Shown piece after piece: positions 9,831 through 19,739 of a DNA stretch of 64,000 nucleotides. The number at the start of each line of letters is the position of its first letter. Position 1 is the first letter of the stretch. The notes below the pieces were generated by a model, which searched no databases, was not told the origin of the DNA, and saw only the letters and a program-made list of their open reading frames with translations. The stretch comes from an uncultured delta proteobacterium. GTDB taxonomy: Bacteria > Desulfobacterota > Desulfobacteria > Desulfobacterales > JAFDCJ01. The stretch lies in contig CAVYNY010000009.1 of the NCBI GenBank assembly GCA_963769935.1, positions 64,001-128,000 of the forward strand, written 5' to 3'. Made by a program: the position numbers and the translations under genes.

Positions 9831-11351
9831 CTATGTGTCATAATCATCACGACGCAGATTGTACTTTTTTATTTTATAATGCAGCAGCTGGCGGGAGATG
9901 TTCAGCTTGCGCGCGGCCCGTGAAACTTTGCCGGCCGATTCCACCAGCGCATTTTGGATCAGTTCTTTTTCACGGGCTTGCTGGAGCCGGATTAAACTCT
10001 GCGGGGAAACCTGCGGCAGGGGATCGTCAGCCGGCGGCACACTGTCTTGCAGGCTTATGACTTCCGGCGGTTGGGCCGGATCCGGCAGGCTGGTTCCGGT
10101 CGAGCCGGTGACCTCTTCTGTCAGCCGATTGAAATCGGGGGGCAAAAAATGGCGGGGAAGATGATGCATCCGGATAATATCGTCGGATTGGATCACATTC
10201 AAGGTGCCTTCGATCATATGCTCCAGCTCGCGAACATTTCCCGGCCATTGATAGCGTCTGAATAAATCGATGACGTCTTCGGCAACGCCGAGGACACTCT
10301 TGCCCAGGACGAGGTTGTATTTGTAGATGAAATGGCGGGTGAGGTTTTCCACGCCGTTTTTCAACTGCCTGAGCGGCGGGATGGCGATAAACACAACCGC
10401 CAGCCGATAAAACAGGTCCATTCGAATTTGTCCGTCCTGAAGGGCTTGCTGAGGGTTGTTGCTGACAGAGCTGATGATTTTAACATCAATTCCAATGTCC
10501 GTGGACCCACCGATGCGTCTTATTTTGCGTTCCTGCAGGAAACGCAGCAGCTTGGTCTGTAGATTGAGGGGCATGGAATCGACCTCATCGAAAAATAGCG
10601 TGCCGCCGTGAGCCTGCTCGAATATACCGGGTTTATTCACGGCCCCGGTGAACGCCCCTTTGGTGGTGCCGAAAAGCAGACCTTCCAGAAGATTTTCAGG
10701 AATGGCTGCACAGTTGATCCCGATAAACCGTTCGGGACGGCGTGGACCATGATTGTGGATGGATTGAGCAAACATCTCCTTGCCGGTGCCGGTTTCACCG
10801 AAAAGCATAACCGGTGAGGGCGAATCCGCCGCCAGCCGGGCCATTTTGACGGATTGCAGGAATTTTTCATCATCACCGATGATATCGCTGAAAGTGAACC
10901 GGGTGCCGTTGCCGTATCCGTGACCTTCATAGGGGCTGCAGGCGGATGTAGCGGAGATTTTCCTATCCAGCAGGTTATAATCCTTAATGAAGCAAATTGC
11001 CCCGGTTACCCGGCCGTGCTGCATCAGCGGAAAGACGCTGGTAACCGTGTTGACGAGCTTACCGCGGCAGGTACGGTAAAAGAACAACTCACCCACGATC
11101 GGCTGTCCGCTTTTAATGCAGCGCAAAATCATACTGCTGTTATGGTCAAGGTTGTAGACTTCCGGCACGGACTTGCCGATAACCCACTCAGGCTCAAGCC
11201 CGTCGATCTGAGACTGGGTGTGGTTGTAAAAAACGATGCGGCCGGAGTTGTCCGCAATGACTACCCCCTCATCAAACGCGGATAAAACAGACATAATGTC
11301 GACCTCATCCAGAAGCAGCGATTGATCCAATTCGATGTCCATATCAAGCAA
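9831..11351 (-). CDS. PAS-domain sigma54-dependent activator (RocR-like)
   Basis: N-terminal PAS; GETGTGKE, GAFTGA, WPGNVREL; C-terminal Fis HTH. Confidence 0.95.
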   Translation of the reverse strand: MLDMDIELDQSLLLDEVDIMSVLSAFDEGVVIADNSGRIVFYNHTQSQIDGLEPEWVIGKSVPEVYNLDHNSSMILRCIKSGQPIVGELFFYRTCRGKLVNTVTSVFPLMQHGRVTGAICFIKDYNLLDRKISATSACSPYEGHGYGNGTRFTFSDIIGDDEKFLQSVKMARLAADSPSPVMLFGETGTGKEMFAQSIHNHGPRRPERFIGINCAAIPENLLEGLLFGTTKGAFTGAVNKPGIFEQAHGGTLFFDEVDSMPLNLQTKLLRFLQERKIRRIGGSTDIGIDVKIISSVSNNPQQALQDGQIRMDLFYRLAVVFIAIPPLRQLKNGVENLTRHFIYKYNLVLGKSVLGVAEDVIDLFRRYQWPGNVRELEHMIEGTLNVIQSDDIIRMHHLPRHFLPPDFNRLTEEVTGSTGTSLPDPAQPPEVISLQDSVPPADDPLPQVSPQSLIRLQQAREKELIQNALVESAGKVSRAARKLNISRQLLHYKIKKYNLRRDDYDT

Positions 11352-11450
11352 TCCCCCGACTGTGGTTGATTCGGTTTATTAAAGAATCCTGGCCCTCAGG
11401 ACCAAGTTTACAATGTTGCAACATACCACCTTAGGTTAACCGGTTCGGTT

Positions 11451-11518
11451 TGTCAAAATTATTTGCCCTTTGCAAAATAATTTTTACACACCCACCCGGA
11501 TAGTAAAATTATTTTTGC
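11451..11518. promoter_or_regulatory. three imperfect palindromes, candidate enhancer (UAS) sites
   Basis: TGTCAAAATTATTTGCCC, TGCAAAATAATTTTTACA and GTAAAATTATTTTTGC, 150-220 bp upstream of the sigma54 promoter. Confidence 0.6.
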
Positions 11519-11669
11519 CTTTTACTGGAATTTTCTTTAAGTGATCGCCTTATATTCATCAATACATCATGGGGGACTATTTTTTTATTTGCATTATCTA
11601 TAATAATTTCGAAAACCTCTTGACTTTGCCGCTTACAGAATTCAAATGTTTATATCGTGATTACTTGAA

Positions 11670-11685
11670 TGGCACATGATGTGCA
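11670..11685 (+). promoter_or_regulatory. sigma54 -24/-12 promoter
   Basis: TGGCACATGATGTGCA (GG-N10-GC). Confidence 0.8.
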
Positions 11686-11741
11686 GACGCGCAGACAAAC
11701 TATAAATCGAATATTTTCAGAGAAACAGGGAGGAATTGACC

Positions 11742-12368
11742 ATGGCAATCAAAGACATTTATGAAGGCGTGCTGGCTTTTCAGGTAGACAAGGTTAAAGA
11801 GTTGACCCAAGCGGAGCTTGAGGCCGGCACGGATGTGCAGCGGATTCTCAACGACGGACTGATCGGAGCGATGGATGAGGTGGGCCGGAAATTCAGCGAA
11901 GGCATTCTTTTTGTGCCGGAGATGCTTATGTCCGCCCAGGCGATGAAAGCCGGACTCGAAATTCTGAAACCCCATTTGACGGAAGAAGTCAGTCACGCCC
12001 GGGGAACGGTAGTGATCGGAACCGTCAAGGGCGACCTGCATGATATCGGCAAAAACCTGGTGGCGATGATGCTGGAAGGCGCCGGGCTCACGGTGGTGGA
12101 CCTAGGTGTCGATGTTGACGCGGAAAAATTTGTTGCGGCGGCCAGGGACAACAAGGCCGATGTTATCGCAATGTCCGCTTTGCTGACCACCACCATGCCC
12201 GGCATGGAAACCACCATCAAAGCGGTCAGAGAAGCCGGTCTGACGATCAAATGCATAATCGGGGGCGCCCCGGTAACAGAGGCTTTTGCCAACCAGATCG
12301 GCGCGGACGGTCACGGCGATGACGCGCCGGGCGCCGTAGGACTTGTTCGCCGTCTGGTTGGGGCGTAG
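11742..12368 (+). CDS. corrinoid (cobalamin-binding) protein of a methyltransferase system
   Basis: FVPEMLMSA cap; GTVKGDLHDIGKN B12 motif; SALLTTT; GGAPVT. Confidence 0.96.
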   Translation: MAIKDIYEGVLAFQVDKVKELTQAELEAGTDVQRILNDGLIGAMDEVGRKFSEGILFVPEMLMSAQAMKAGLEILKPHLTEEVSHARGTVVIGTVKGDLHDIGKNLVAMMLEGAGLTVVDLGVDVDAEKFVAAARDNKADVIAMSALLTTTMPGMETTIKAVREAGLTIKCIIGGAPVTEAFANQIGADGHGDDAPGAVGLVRRLVGA

Positions 12369-12450
12369 TCGTCAACCGTATTCGCCGGGTGCACGGTTAT
12401 TTCTATTGAAAAGAAAGAGAGGAATGGATTCTTATTTTAAAGAAAATAAT

Positions 12451-12550
12451 TGGACAGGATCAACAGAATCGTTAGGATAATACGGACTTCGGCCGAAAGG
12501 CCCCTCGCCGCAGGCGAAAAAATTCCTGATAATCCTGTTAATCCCGTCTA
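12451..12550. repeat. palindromic element with GACAGGAT-type 9-mer arms and internal small hairpins
   Basis: GGACAGGATCAACAGAAT ... AATCCTGTTAATCCCGTC inverted arms. Confidence 0.65.
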
Positions 12551-12727
12551 AAAAAAAATAAAAACCGAATCCATTCCACATACCTTGGCTGAAGTTTCAC
12601 ACGTATAGGCAACCAGTAATCTGACACCTGACACCCGAAACCTGAAACCTCGAATAGCACTTTTTATTAGCTCAATGTCCGACAAACAAATTTCAGGAAC
12701 TGAAAGAGCATCGCAAGGAGCATCACT

Positions 12728-13525
12728 ATGATCATCATCGGAGAATTGATCAACGCCAGCCGCAAGGCAATCGGGGCCGCCATCGAGGCCGGGGACGCTG
12801 CCGCAATTCAGCGGGTAGCTCAAGACCAGCACGCCGCGGGTGCCGATTTTATCGATGTCAATGCCGGGATATTCGTGGGCAAGGAGCCGGATTACCTGAC
12901 CTGGCTGGTCAAAACAGTTCAGGAAGCGGTCGAAAGTCCCTGCGCTATCGACAGCCCCAATCCCAAAGCCATCGAGGCGGCCCTGGCCGCTCACCGCGGT
13001 GCGCCCATGATCAACTCAATTTCCCTGGAGAAAGAACGTTATGAAAATCTGATGCCGATCATCGCCGGGACGGACATGAAAGTGATCGCGCTGTGCATGA
13101 GCGACAAAGGTATGCCTGAAACCGTTGACGACCGGATAAAAATCGCCGACAAACTGGTTAACGGCTTGCTGCAAAACAACGTAAAGATTGAAAACATATT
13201 CGTAGATCCGCTGGTGCAGCCCATGTCGGTGAACAATCACTTCGGGATGGAATTTCTCAACGCGGTGGAACAAATCATGCAAAAATTTGAAGGGATCCAC
13301 ACCGCCTGCGGTCTGTCCAACATTTCTTATGGTTTGCCGGTCCGCCCATTTTTAAACCAGACGTTTATGGTAATGGCCATCAGCAAGGGTTTGGACGGCG
13401 CAATCGTCAATCCGCTGGATAAAAAGATGATGGCCAATATCATCGCCGCCGAAGCCCTGGCCGGAAAAGATAACTATTGCATGAAATATCTGAAGGCCTA
13501 TCGCGCCGGCAAGTTTGAAAATTAA
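12728..13525 (+). CDS. methyltetrahydrofolate:corrinoid methyltransferase (AcsE/MtgA-like, pterin-binding barrel)
   Basis: MIIIGELIN, DVNAG, INSIS and GLSNISYGLP motifs. Confidence 0.93.
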   Translation: MIIIGELINASRKAIGAAIEAGDAAAIQRVAQDQHAAGADFIDVNAGIFVGKEPDYLTWLVKTVQEAVESPCAIDSPNPKAIEAALAAHRGAPMINSISLEKERYENLMPIIAGTDMKVIALCMSDKGMPETVDDRIKIADKLVNGLLQNNVKIENIFVDPLVQPMSVNNHFGMEFLNAVEQIMQKFEGIHTACGLSNISYGLPVRPFLNQTFMVMAISKGLDGAIVNPLDKKMMANIIAAEALAGKDNYCMKYLKAYRAGKFEN

Positions 13526-13637
13526 AAACTCCCCATGCTTAAAATTGCATTGGAATAATGGAAATGGCGGCGGGCAACTGTTCGTTCTTTCACGGCAATT
13601 ACTACTGTACCCGGGTCAACCTGAGAAGTATCGAAAT

Positions 13638-15041
13638 CTACAGGCAGCTTGAGTTGAAAATAACTTCGATTATCGTGAAATCATCTTCAAATGAGTCGTA
13701 TTGGTTTATTTTTTTGGCATATTGATAGATACGTTCTATATCCGACTGTTTTTCAGTGCTCGGCTTCTTTACAAATTCTGAAAACTCTTTAAACCGCCAC
13801 ATGCTTCCATCCGTCTTCGCAATTTCATAAACGCCGTCCGAAAAAATATACATGCAGCTCGGGTTGTTGATTTTTTGCATCCCTTTTTTATATGCGATAT
13901 CCGGCATTCCGCCGATCACATTGTTTTTGGTTCTGAGCAGGAACATCTCGGATTTTTCGGATGGCATTCCGCCGAACAGAAGTGCCGGCGGATGCCCCCC
14001 GGTGGCAAAGGTCAGGCTCTGAGATGATTTATTGTAAACACCGTACCAGATGGTAAAAAACATATCATTGTTTTGCTCACTCGGAAACGCCTCATTCAAG
14101 GCTTCCAACACCTTCTTCGGATCACAAAAATCGGTATCCAACAGCGTTTCGGAGCGCAGGGCATTCATGACCGAAACCGATAAAAGCGCCGCTCCGACGC
14201 CGTGCCCGCTGACGTCAAGCAAATAAACAGCGAAGTTTTCATCATCCAGCCAATGGTATCCGAAAGCATCGCCGCCCAGAGAAGTTGAGGGGATAAATTT
14301 CCAGTCGATGCACACCGGGCCTTCTTTTATAGGTTGAGGGAGCATGGTCCTGACATAGTCTACCGCTTCCGCCAATTCTTTATTGAGCCTTATTAACACT
14401 TTGTTGCGTTCCTCCAGCGCGGCATTTGCTTTCCGGTGTGCCCGTTCGTGTTTTTCCTCGGCCTGCCTGGCGGATAGGGAATAATAGTAAGCTACATAGG
14501 ATAAAACAAAGCAGAAAGTGAAAATATTGGCGATGTGGAGCACTGAAAATAAAGCAGCATCCAAGGTTCTCAGCGGGATTAAGGACTGAGAGGTGTGGCT
14601 CAGCATCGCGTATATGACGGTTGTGACGCCGGCAGATACCGCTTTAATTCGGACGGTAAGCGGCGCCAGAAAGACGACGATCGGAAATATCAAAAGGAAA
14701 TAATGAAAGTTTGAAGCCCATCCAATGATGACCGTACACAGCACCGAATGAATTAAGACCTCTGTGTAGGCAAGGACCAGCGCCGTCTTCCAGTAGCCTT
14801 TCAGATTTATGTGAATCATCAGGCCCCAGAAACATGCGCTGGCAATATTATATATCGCCAGAGATTTTATGCCGATCCCAAAGAATAAAAAGATCAGGAG
14901 AAAATGAATAATTCCGCTGGAGAGATAGCCGTAGTTGGCGGTCACCAGATAGCGATAGTAACTGGATTCAGAGTATCGGTCCGGTAAATTCTCAGGCAGT
15001 GTGGTGAATTTATTGTGGAGTGTTTTAAAAATAGAAGCCAT
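13638..15041 (-). CDS. membrane-bound SpoIIE/RsbU-type PP2C phosphatase
   Basis: About 6 TM segments; LGGD, DVSGHG, FSDGV and EDDFT motifs. Confidence 0.92.
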   Translation of the reverse strand: MASIFKTLHNKFTTLPENLPDRYSESSYYRYLVTANYGYLSSGIIHFLLIFLFFGIGIKSLAIYNIASACFWGLMIHINLKGYWKTALVLAYTEVLIHSVLCTVIIGWASNFHYFLLIFPIVVFLAPLTVRIKAVSAGVTTVIYAMLSHTSQSLIPLRTLDAALFSVLHIANIFTFCFVLSYVAYYYSLSARQAEEKHERAHRKANAALEERNKVLIRLNKELAEAVDYVRTMLPQPIKEGPVCIDWKFIPSTSLGGDAFGYHWLDDENFAVYLLDVSGHGVGAALLSVSVMNALRSETLLDTDFCDPKKVLEALNEAFPSEQNNDMFFTIWYGVYNKSSQSLTFATGGHPPALLFGGMPSEKSEMFLLRTKNNVIGGMPDIAYKKGMQKINNPSCMYIFSDGVYEIAKTDGSMWRFKEFSEFVKKPSTEKQSDIERIYQYAKKINQYDSFEDDFTIIEVIFNSSCL

Positions 15042-15148
15042 CTTGCTCCCTCGGGGTTTTAAGTTTCCTATATTTCGAGCCTTCGATATCCACTGTTTTA
15101 ATTCTCACTGAATCGGAAAGAGAGTGGTACGCCAACTGCTCAACCAAT

Positions 15149-15985
15149 TCAGGTCAACTGCCATTGAACTTCATAGATTTTTTGCGGTTGGTCGAATCCT
15201 TTCAATCTCGTTTCGCCTTGGTCGGCGAAAACAAACTTTTTCCCAAGGCAAAGATCCCGGATTACGGAGGCCACTAAAATCTGATCGGGTTCAGCCTGGT
15301 CGCAAATGCGGGAAGTTAACTGGATGGTGGAACCAAACAGACGATGGTCTTCTTCAACCGGCTCACCGGCGCAAATTCCGATGCGCACATTAATCGGGGT
15401 ATCGGGATGAGATTCGTTGTGCACGGCGAAGGATTGCTGGATGCCGATGGCACACGCCACTGCATTGGAGGCGGAATTAAAGGATATCAAGAAGCCGTCG
15501 CCGGTGTGCTGAATTTCTCTTCCATGATGTTGGCTAAGTGCATCGCGCGTCAAGGAATTATGGGTGCGGAACAATTCCAGGGCCCGGGCGTCGCCGAGAC
15601 GGGTTGTGATCGCAGTGGAATCTTTCATGTCTGTGAACATTATTGTACGAAATGCGGAATCGATCAATGTCTCTTTGGCAGGCACAGGAGAGACTACCGT
15701 TGGCTGGGGATCTGCAATTCTGCCTAAAAATGTCTCGACTGCTTGCGTATCGACTTCGATGATCTTGTGCGGAATTGCGCCATGGGCTTCTGCATGCAGC
15801 TTGGTAACCCTTTCCTTGTCGGGGGAATCAACTAGACAAAAGCCGGCCCCCCGCTTTTGATCGAACCAGTAGGTCAGCACTTTAATATCATATTTTTCCT
15901 GAAGATCCAGATCCTTCAGGTGCGCTTCCGCCACTTCCTTGGCAGTCAAACCTTCCAGATTGTGGCGATCCATGTATATGGGCAT
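15149..15985 (-). CDS. DUF4242 (SCO4226-like) domain fused to a class III nucleotide cyclase
   Basis: MPIYMDRH..AH..D..YW..FCL..H..AHG N-terminal domain; FTDMKDST, HTGDG and VRIGI cyclase motifs. Confidence 0.9.
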   Translation of the reverse strand: MPIYMDRHNLEGLTAKEVAEAHLKDLDLQEKYDIKVLTYWFDQKRGAGFCLVDSPDKERVTKLHAEAHGAIPHKIIEVDTQAVETFLGRIADPQPTVVSPVPAKETLIDSAFRTIMFTDMKDSTAITTRLGDARALELFRTHNSLTRDALSQHHGREIQHTGDGFLISFNSASNAVACAIGIQQSFAVHNESHPDTPINVRIGICAGEPVEEDHRLFGSTIQLTSRICDQAEPDQILVASVIRDLCLGKKFVFADQGETRLKGFDQPQKIYEVQWQLT

Positions 15986-16197
15986 TGCGTGTTCTCCTTT
16001 TAGTACGCTTCCGGGCGTTCGGCAAGAGGTCTGGGCAAACAGGGATACATGTTCCTGTAGAATTTGGATTCAAATGAATATTTGTAACAATGCCTAAAAT
16101 GTCAAGGAGGAATCGATTTGGTAAGTCCGTCAATTAAGAAGGGCAACGGCGGGAATTCTGTCGATATCGGTCGCACCCTACCCGGCAACTCGCATCC

Positions 16198-16262
16198 AAA
16201 TCAACTTACTCAACTCTATCAACTCAATCAACCGAATCAACGCAACCAGCTCAATCAACATA
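16198..16262. repeat. degenerate 9-mer tandem repeat (TCAACTCAA type)
   Basis: aatcaacttactcaactctatcaactcaatcaaccgaatcaac. Confidence 0.8.
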
Positions 16263-16343
16263 AAATCTGCTATTCACAAAATAGACTTAAAACTTACTGT
16301 AGCTTCCGGCGTATTTCATGCTATAAGTCCCGTTCACAAGTAA

Positions 16344-17285
16344 ATGAAAAGCAAGCTGCAACATATTAACACAACGGCCATTACCGGTTATGCGGCTGAA
16401 ATCACGGCTGCCGCTTTCTGGGGTGCTTCCGGGGTGTTTATAAAATTGATCGCCGATAACGGGGCGGTGTCGGCCACGGCACTTGCATTCTGGCGCGATA
16501 CCGCGACCTTCATTTGCCTGCTGACAGCGGGACTGATGGCATTTCCAGGCAAAATCCGGATTAAACGGTCGGATTGGTGCCTGATGGCCGGTATGGGCGC
16601 AAGCCTGGGAATATTTCATATTTTCTATAATGTCGGCATCATGCTCAACGGGGCGGCAGTCACAACCGTCCAGCAGGCGGTTATGCCGGCGATTGTGACG
16701 ATCGCGGCCCGCTATCTGTGGCAGGAGCCATTAACCGGGCGCAAGACACTGGCGCTGCTGATGGCATTTGCCGGAACCGTCCTGGCAGCCGGTCTGGCTG
16801 ATTTTAAGACCGGCGGTTTTTCACTTTACGGGCTGCTGATCGGATTCTGCGTCCCTTGCCTGTATGCCGCCTGGACCCTTTTCAGCAAAAAATCACGCAT
16901 GCAGTATGGGGCCCTGGTGGTCCTGATCTTTGCCTTCGGCATCGCCTCGTCCCTGCTTTTGCCCTTGCAGTTTTTCATAACCCAACCCTGGCCGATTCAA
17001 CCGCGGACCTGGCTCTGGTTTGCCGGTCTGATCGGCGTATCCTCGCTGGCTGCCTTTTATTTATTTGCGGTCGGAATCGGCCGATTACAGGCCAGCATTG
17101 CCAGCATCCTGCTGATGTCGGAAATTGCTTTTGCGGTTTTTTATGCCTATCTTTTTTTGGGAGAACGGCTGACAATGAGCCAGATCGCCGGGGCGATCCT
17201 CGTGGTCGGCGGAGTTCTGCAGCTGTTAAGACGACCCCAAATACCACCCCTAAAGCGGGATGACCTATCGAATCATAATTTATAG
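16344..17285 (+). CDS. DMT/EamA family transporter
   Basis: About 10 TM segments; WG..GVF, LWQEPL and FLGERL repeats. Confidence 0.9.
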   Translation: MKSKLQHINTTAITGYAAEITAAAFWGASGVFIKLIADNGAVSATALAFWRDTATFICLLTAGLMAFPGKIRIKRSDWCLMAGMGASLGIFHIFYNVGIMLNGAAVTTVQQAVMPAIVTIAARYLWQEPLTGRKTLALLMAFAGTVLAAGLADFKTGGFSLYGLLIGFCVPCLYAAWTLFSKKSRMQYGALVVLIFAFGIASSLLLPLQFFITQPWPIQPRTWLWFAGLIGVSSLAAFYLFAVGIGRLQASIASILLMSEIAFAVFYAYLFLGERLTMSQIAGAILVVGGVLQLLRRPQIPPLKRDDLSNHNL

Positions 17286-17434
17286 GGGTAGGTCTCCGGC
17301 AAAGGAAAGGAATTAACGCCCTCAGAGCTCTCTGTGTCTCGATCGACCTGTCCCGTCGTAGCTCGAAGAGCGAAGTCGGAAGCGGGTGGTGAAATCATTT
17401 TTGCTGTATAACGAGTTTGCAAAGGAGGATAATC

Positions 17435-17914
17435 ATGAGCACTAGAGCTGAAAATCTCGCCAAACGTTTCATGGACTTTAATAACAAATTAACCGCATTT
17501 GTTGAAAGCTGTCCGGAAGAAGATTGGACCCGGGTGTGTCCGGGTGAAAACTGGCCGGTCGGGGTGGTCGCCCGGCATGTTGCAGCCGGGCACTACCGCG
17601 CGCTCTCATTGGCCATAATGATTGTGGAGGGCAAGCAGCTGCCGGAGCTCAGCCACGAGGCAATCGACGAGGCCAATGCCCAGCATGCTGAAAAACATGC
17701 CGGTTGCACAAGAGATGAAGTGCTCGGGTTGCTGCGAAAAAACGGTACCGCCATATCCGATTATATCGCCGGGCTGGATGATGCCGATTTAGACCGATCC
17801 GGAAACTTCGCACTTGCCGGCGGCGCAATCAGCACCCGACAGGTTATCGATAACATCATCATTCAATCGGCATCCGAACACCTCGCCAGCCTGAAGGCGG
17901 CAACGGGCAAATGA
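17435..17914 (+). CDS. DinB/DUF1706-like protein
   Basis: GGAGG RBS; W.VGVVARH and C-terminal EH; helical DinB-like pattern. Confidence 0.7.
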   Translation: MSTRAENLAKRFMDFNNKLTAFVESCPEEDWTRVCPGENWPVGVVARHVAAGHYRALSLAIMIVEGKQLPELSHEAIDEANAQHAEKHAGCTRDEVLGLLRKNGTAISDYIAGLDDADLDRSGNFALAGGAISTRQVIDNIIIQSASEHLASLKAATGK

Positions 17915-18459
17915 CAGGGCTCTATTTTATTGATCTAATTGTGATACGCCTTGAATATCTTCAAGTAATCTTGATCATCGCCATTGAAGATAGCAGTATA
18001 GCAAGCTCGGTGTTTTGTATGATATATTTCGAATACATTAACGTTCATGATTACCTTCTGGTGTGAAGCGCCAGCGAAACACCAGTCTGAGTACAACATG
18101 TTGTTATACAACAAACACAGAGGACAGAGATTAGGGGCTGGGATGCCTGGAAGCTTGGAGGCTATAAAGCGAGATTTTGAATTCGTATCTATACTCTGAT
18201 CTTCGTTGCAGCGACCTTTCACTATTATCCTTTCCCCCTTGGCTTCGGGTGAAGTTCAAGACGCAATCAACAGGGTTTTTTTCAAAGAACCAGAATTTAT
18301 CACCAAGCCGGCTACCCTCAAGGTTGCCCTCAGCTTATTGAGGTTCCTCCAAATGTTGAGGGCTAACCAATCGTTCCAACCTTACCTGCTGTTCTCTCCT
18401 GTTAATGTAATCCATTGTTATTAAATGTTAATTGCAGCTTTATGCTTTTTCCGTGTTTT

Positions 18460-18475
18460 TGGCAGGATAGTTGCT
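18460..18475 (+). promoter_or_regulatory. sigma54 -24/-12 promoter
   Basis: TGGCAGGATAGTTGCT. Confidence 0.75.
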
Positions 18476-18535
18476 ATTAACCATTTCCATGTTCACGATT
18501 ACCCAGTCAAACCAAGTTCCGGCAGGAGGAATACC

Positions 18536-18610
18536 ATGAAACCCGGCACGAAGGAGCAAGCGGAGAGCATGTTTCCTGAAATGAAGGTAAAATCAAGGTA
18601 ATAATTTGGT
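18536..18610 (+). pseudogene. CsbD-family remnant (frameshifted)
   Basis: AGGAGG RBS, then MKPGTKEQAESMFPEMK, then KIK in a shifted frame; resembles the CsbD-like MKxxTKDQAEGxFHEVKGKIKE; stop at 18601. Confidence 0.55.
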
Positions 18611-19054
18611 AATATTTGTCGAATCAGGATAAGTGCAATGAAAAAATATATTTCTGGTAAAATGTGCTCCTCATGCCAATCGCCGACAAGGATGCGGATT
18701 CGGCGCAAACACGCAAACAATGGATGCGAGACATACCTTTTAGCAAGCATTATTATTGTCTTAACTGTGGAGGCACCTATATCATTCTTGGTGGGCGCTT
18801 GTCATACCTCTCGATTGGTTAGAAAAAGATGACACTTAAATTTGCTTAAACCACATGTATCATCGTGTTTGAATAACTACCTAAAATTTATTTAAGAAAA
18901 GCAGTTCTCACTTCTCCAAACTGCCCTGAAAGTGAACAGTTTAAAAACTTTATTGAAAATGATTGGGGAAAGGTTTCTGAAGAGGATATCAGAAGCCTAA
19001 ATTTGCTGAGCATCACTAAGTATCGCTTACTACAAATTTAAAAGGAGGTTGAAG

Positions 19055-19354
19055 ATGAAGGGTTCTAAGTTAAAAATTCTATTTTGTCTAGCGCTAAGCC
19101 TCACCTTTTTATTGGCACCCTTTGCACTTGATTTTACTCCGACTGGAAATGCCTATGCTTTATCAGGAGGCGGTGGTGCTGGAAGTAATCATCCCGCGCC
19201 AAAAGCGACTATCCAAAGGGCTGGAAACGGTTATACCATGTCTGGCGGAGAGACTGTCCAGCCAATCTCTGTCCCAGAACCCGGAACCCTTCTTCTAGTG
19301 GGTCTCGGCATTGCTGGCCTCGCAATTTTTCGTAGAAAGAAATTTTTAAAGTAA
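19055..19354 (+). CDS. small PEP-CTERM sorting domain protein
   Basis: Signal peptide; C-terminal VPEPGTLLLVGLGIAGLAIFRRKK. Confidence 0.92.
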   Translation: MKGSKLKILFCLALSLTFLLAPFALDFTPTGNAYALSGGGGAGSNHPAPKATIQRAGNGYTMSGGETVQPISVPEPGTLLLVGLGIAGLAIFRRKKFLK

Positions 19355-19381
19355 CATTTTAGGATAGTACGATTTCTTTTT

Positions 19382-19435
19382 ATGCCGCGAAATATACAAG
19401 GATGATCTCTATGTTTCGTGGCATTTTGGTTTTTG
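19382..19435 (+). terminator. putative intrinsic terminator
   Basis: ATGCCGCGAAATATA/TATGTTTCGTGGCAT stem followed by a T-rich tract. Confidence 0.55.
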
Positions 19436-19739
19436 TTCGTGTACTGCATAGCTAAGCCGCCAATCCCAAAATTTCATATGTACAAAACACCAAGAATTTT
19501 GAAGCGCCGAAAAACTTGAGATTTTAACAAAACCTCCACTGAATATTGAAGTGCGCTTTTCTGGTATTATCACGGAATTTTGCTGCACCGGTCTTCAAGC
19601 AACCGACGATAGGAAGCTTATGTCACGTTTAATATACTGCAAAAAAAGGTTTGATTATTCAGAAGATTCTAATATTATGGTGGATATATTAGGGTGGGTT
19701 TTGAAGAGCGCATCGGACCCCTTATAAGTAAGAGCAGAA

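Noticed and set aside
11352..11741. Cobalamin riboswitch upstream of the corrinoid gene
   Set aside because: The region is AT-rich with no recognisable B12-box; sigma54 elements explain it.
16118..16369. Gln/Asn-rich repeat protein (QLTQLYQLNQ)
   Set aside because: It is the translation of the intergenic 9-mer repeat found at several other spacers.
13638..17285. Cyclase with neighbouring membrane proteins as a Pycsar/CBASS defence system
   Set aside because: The neighbours are a PP2C phosphatase and an EamA transporter; there is no cNMP-binding TM or TIR effector.
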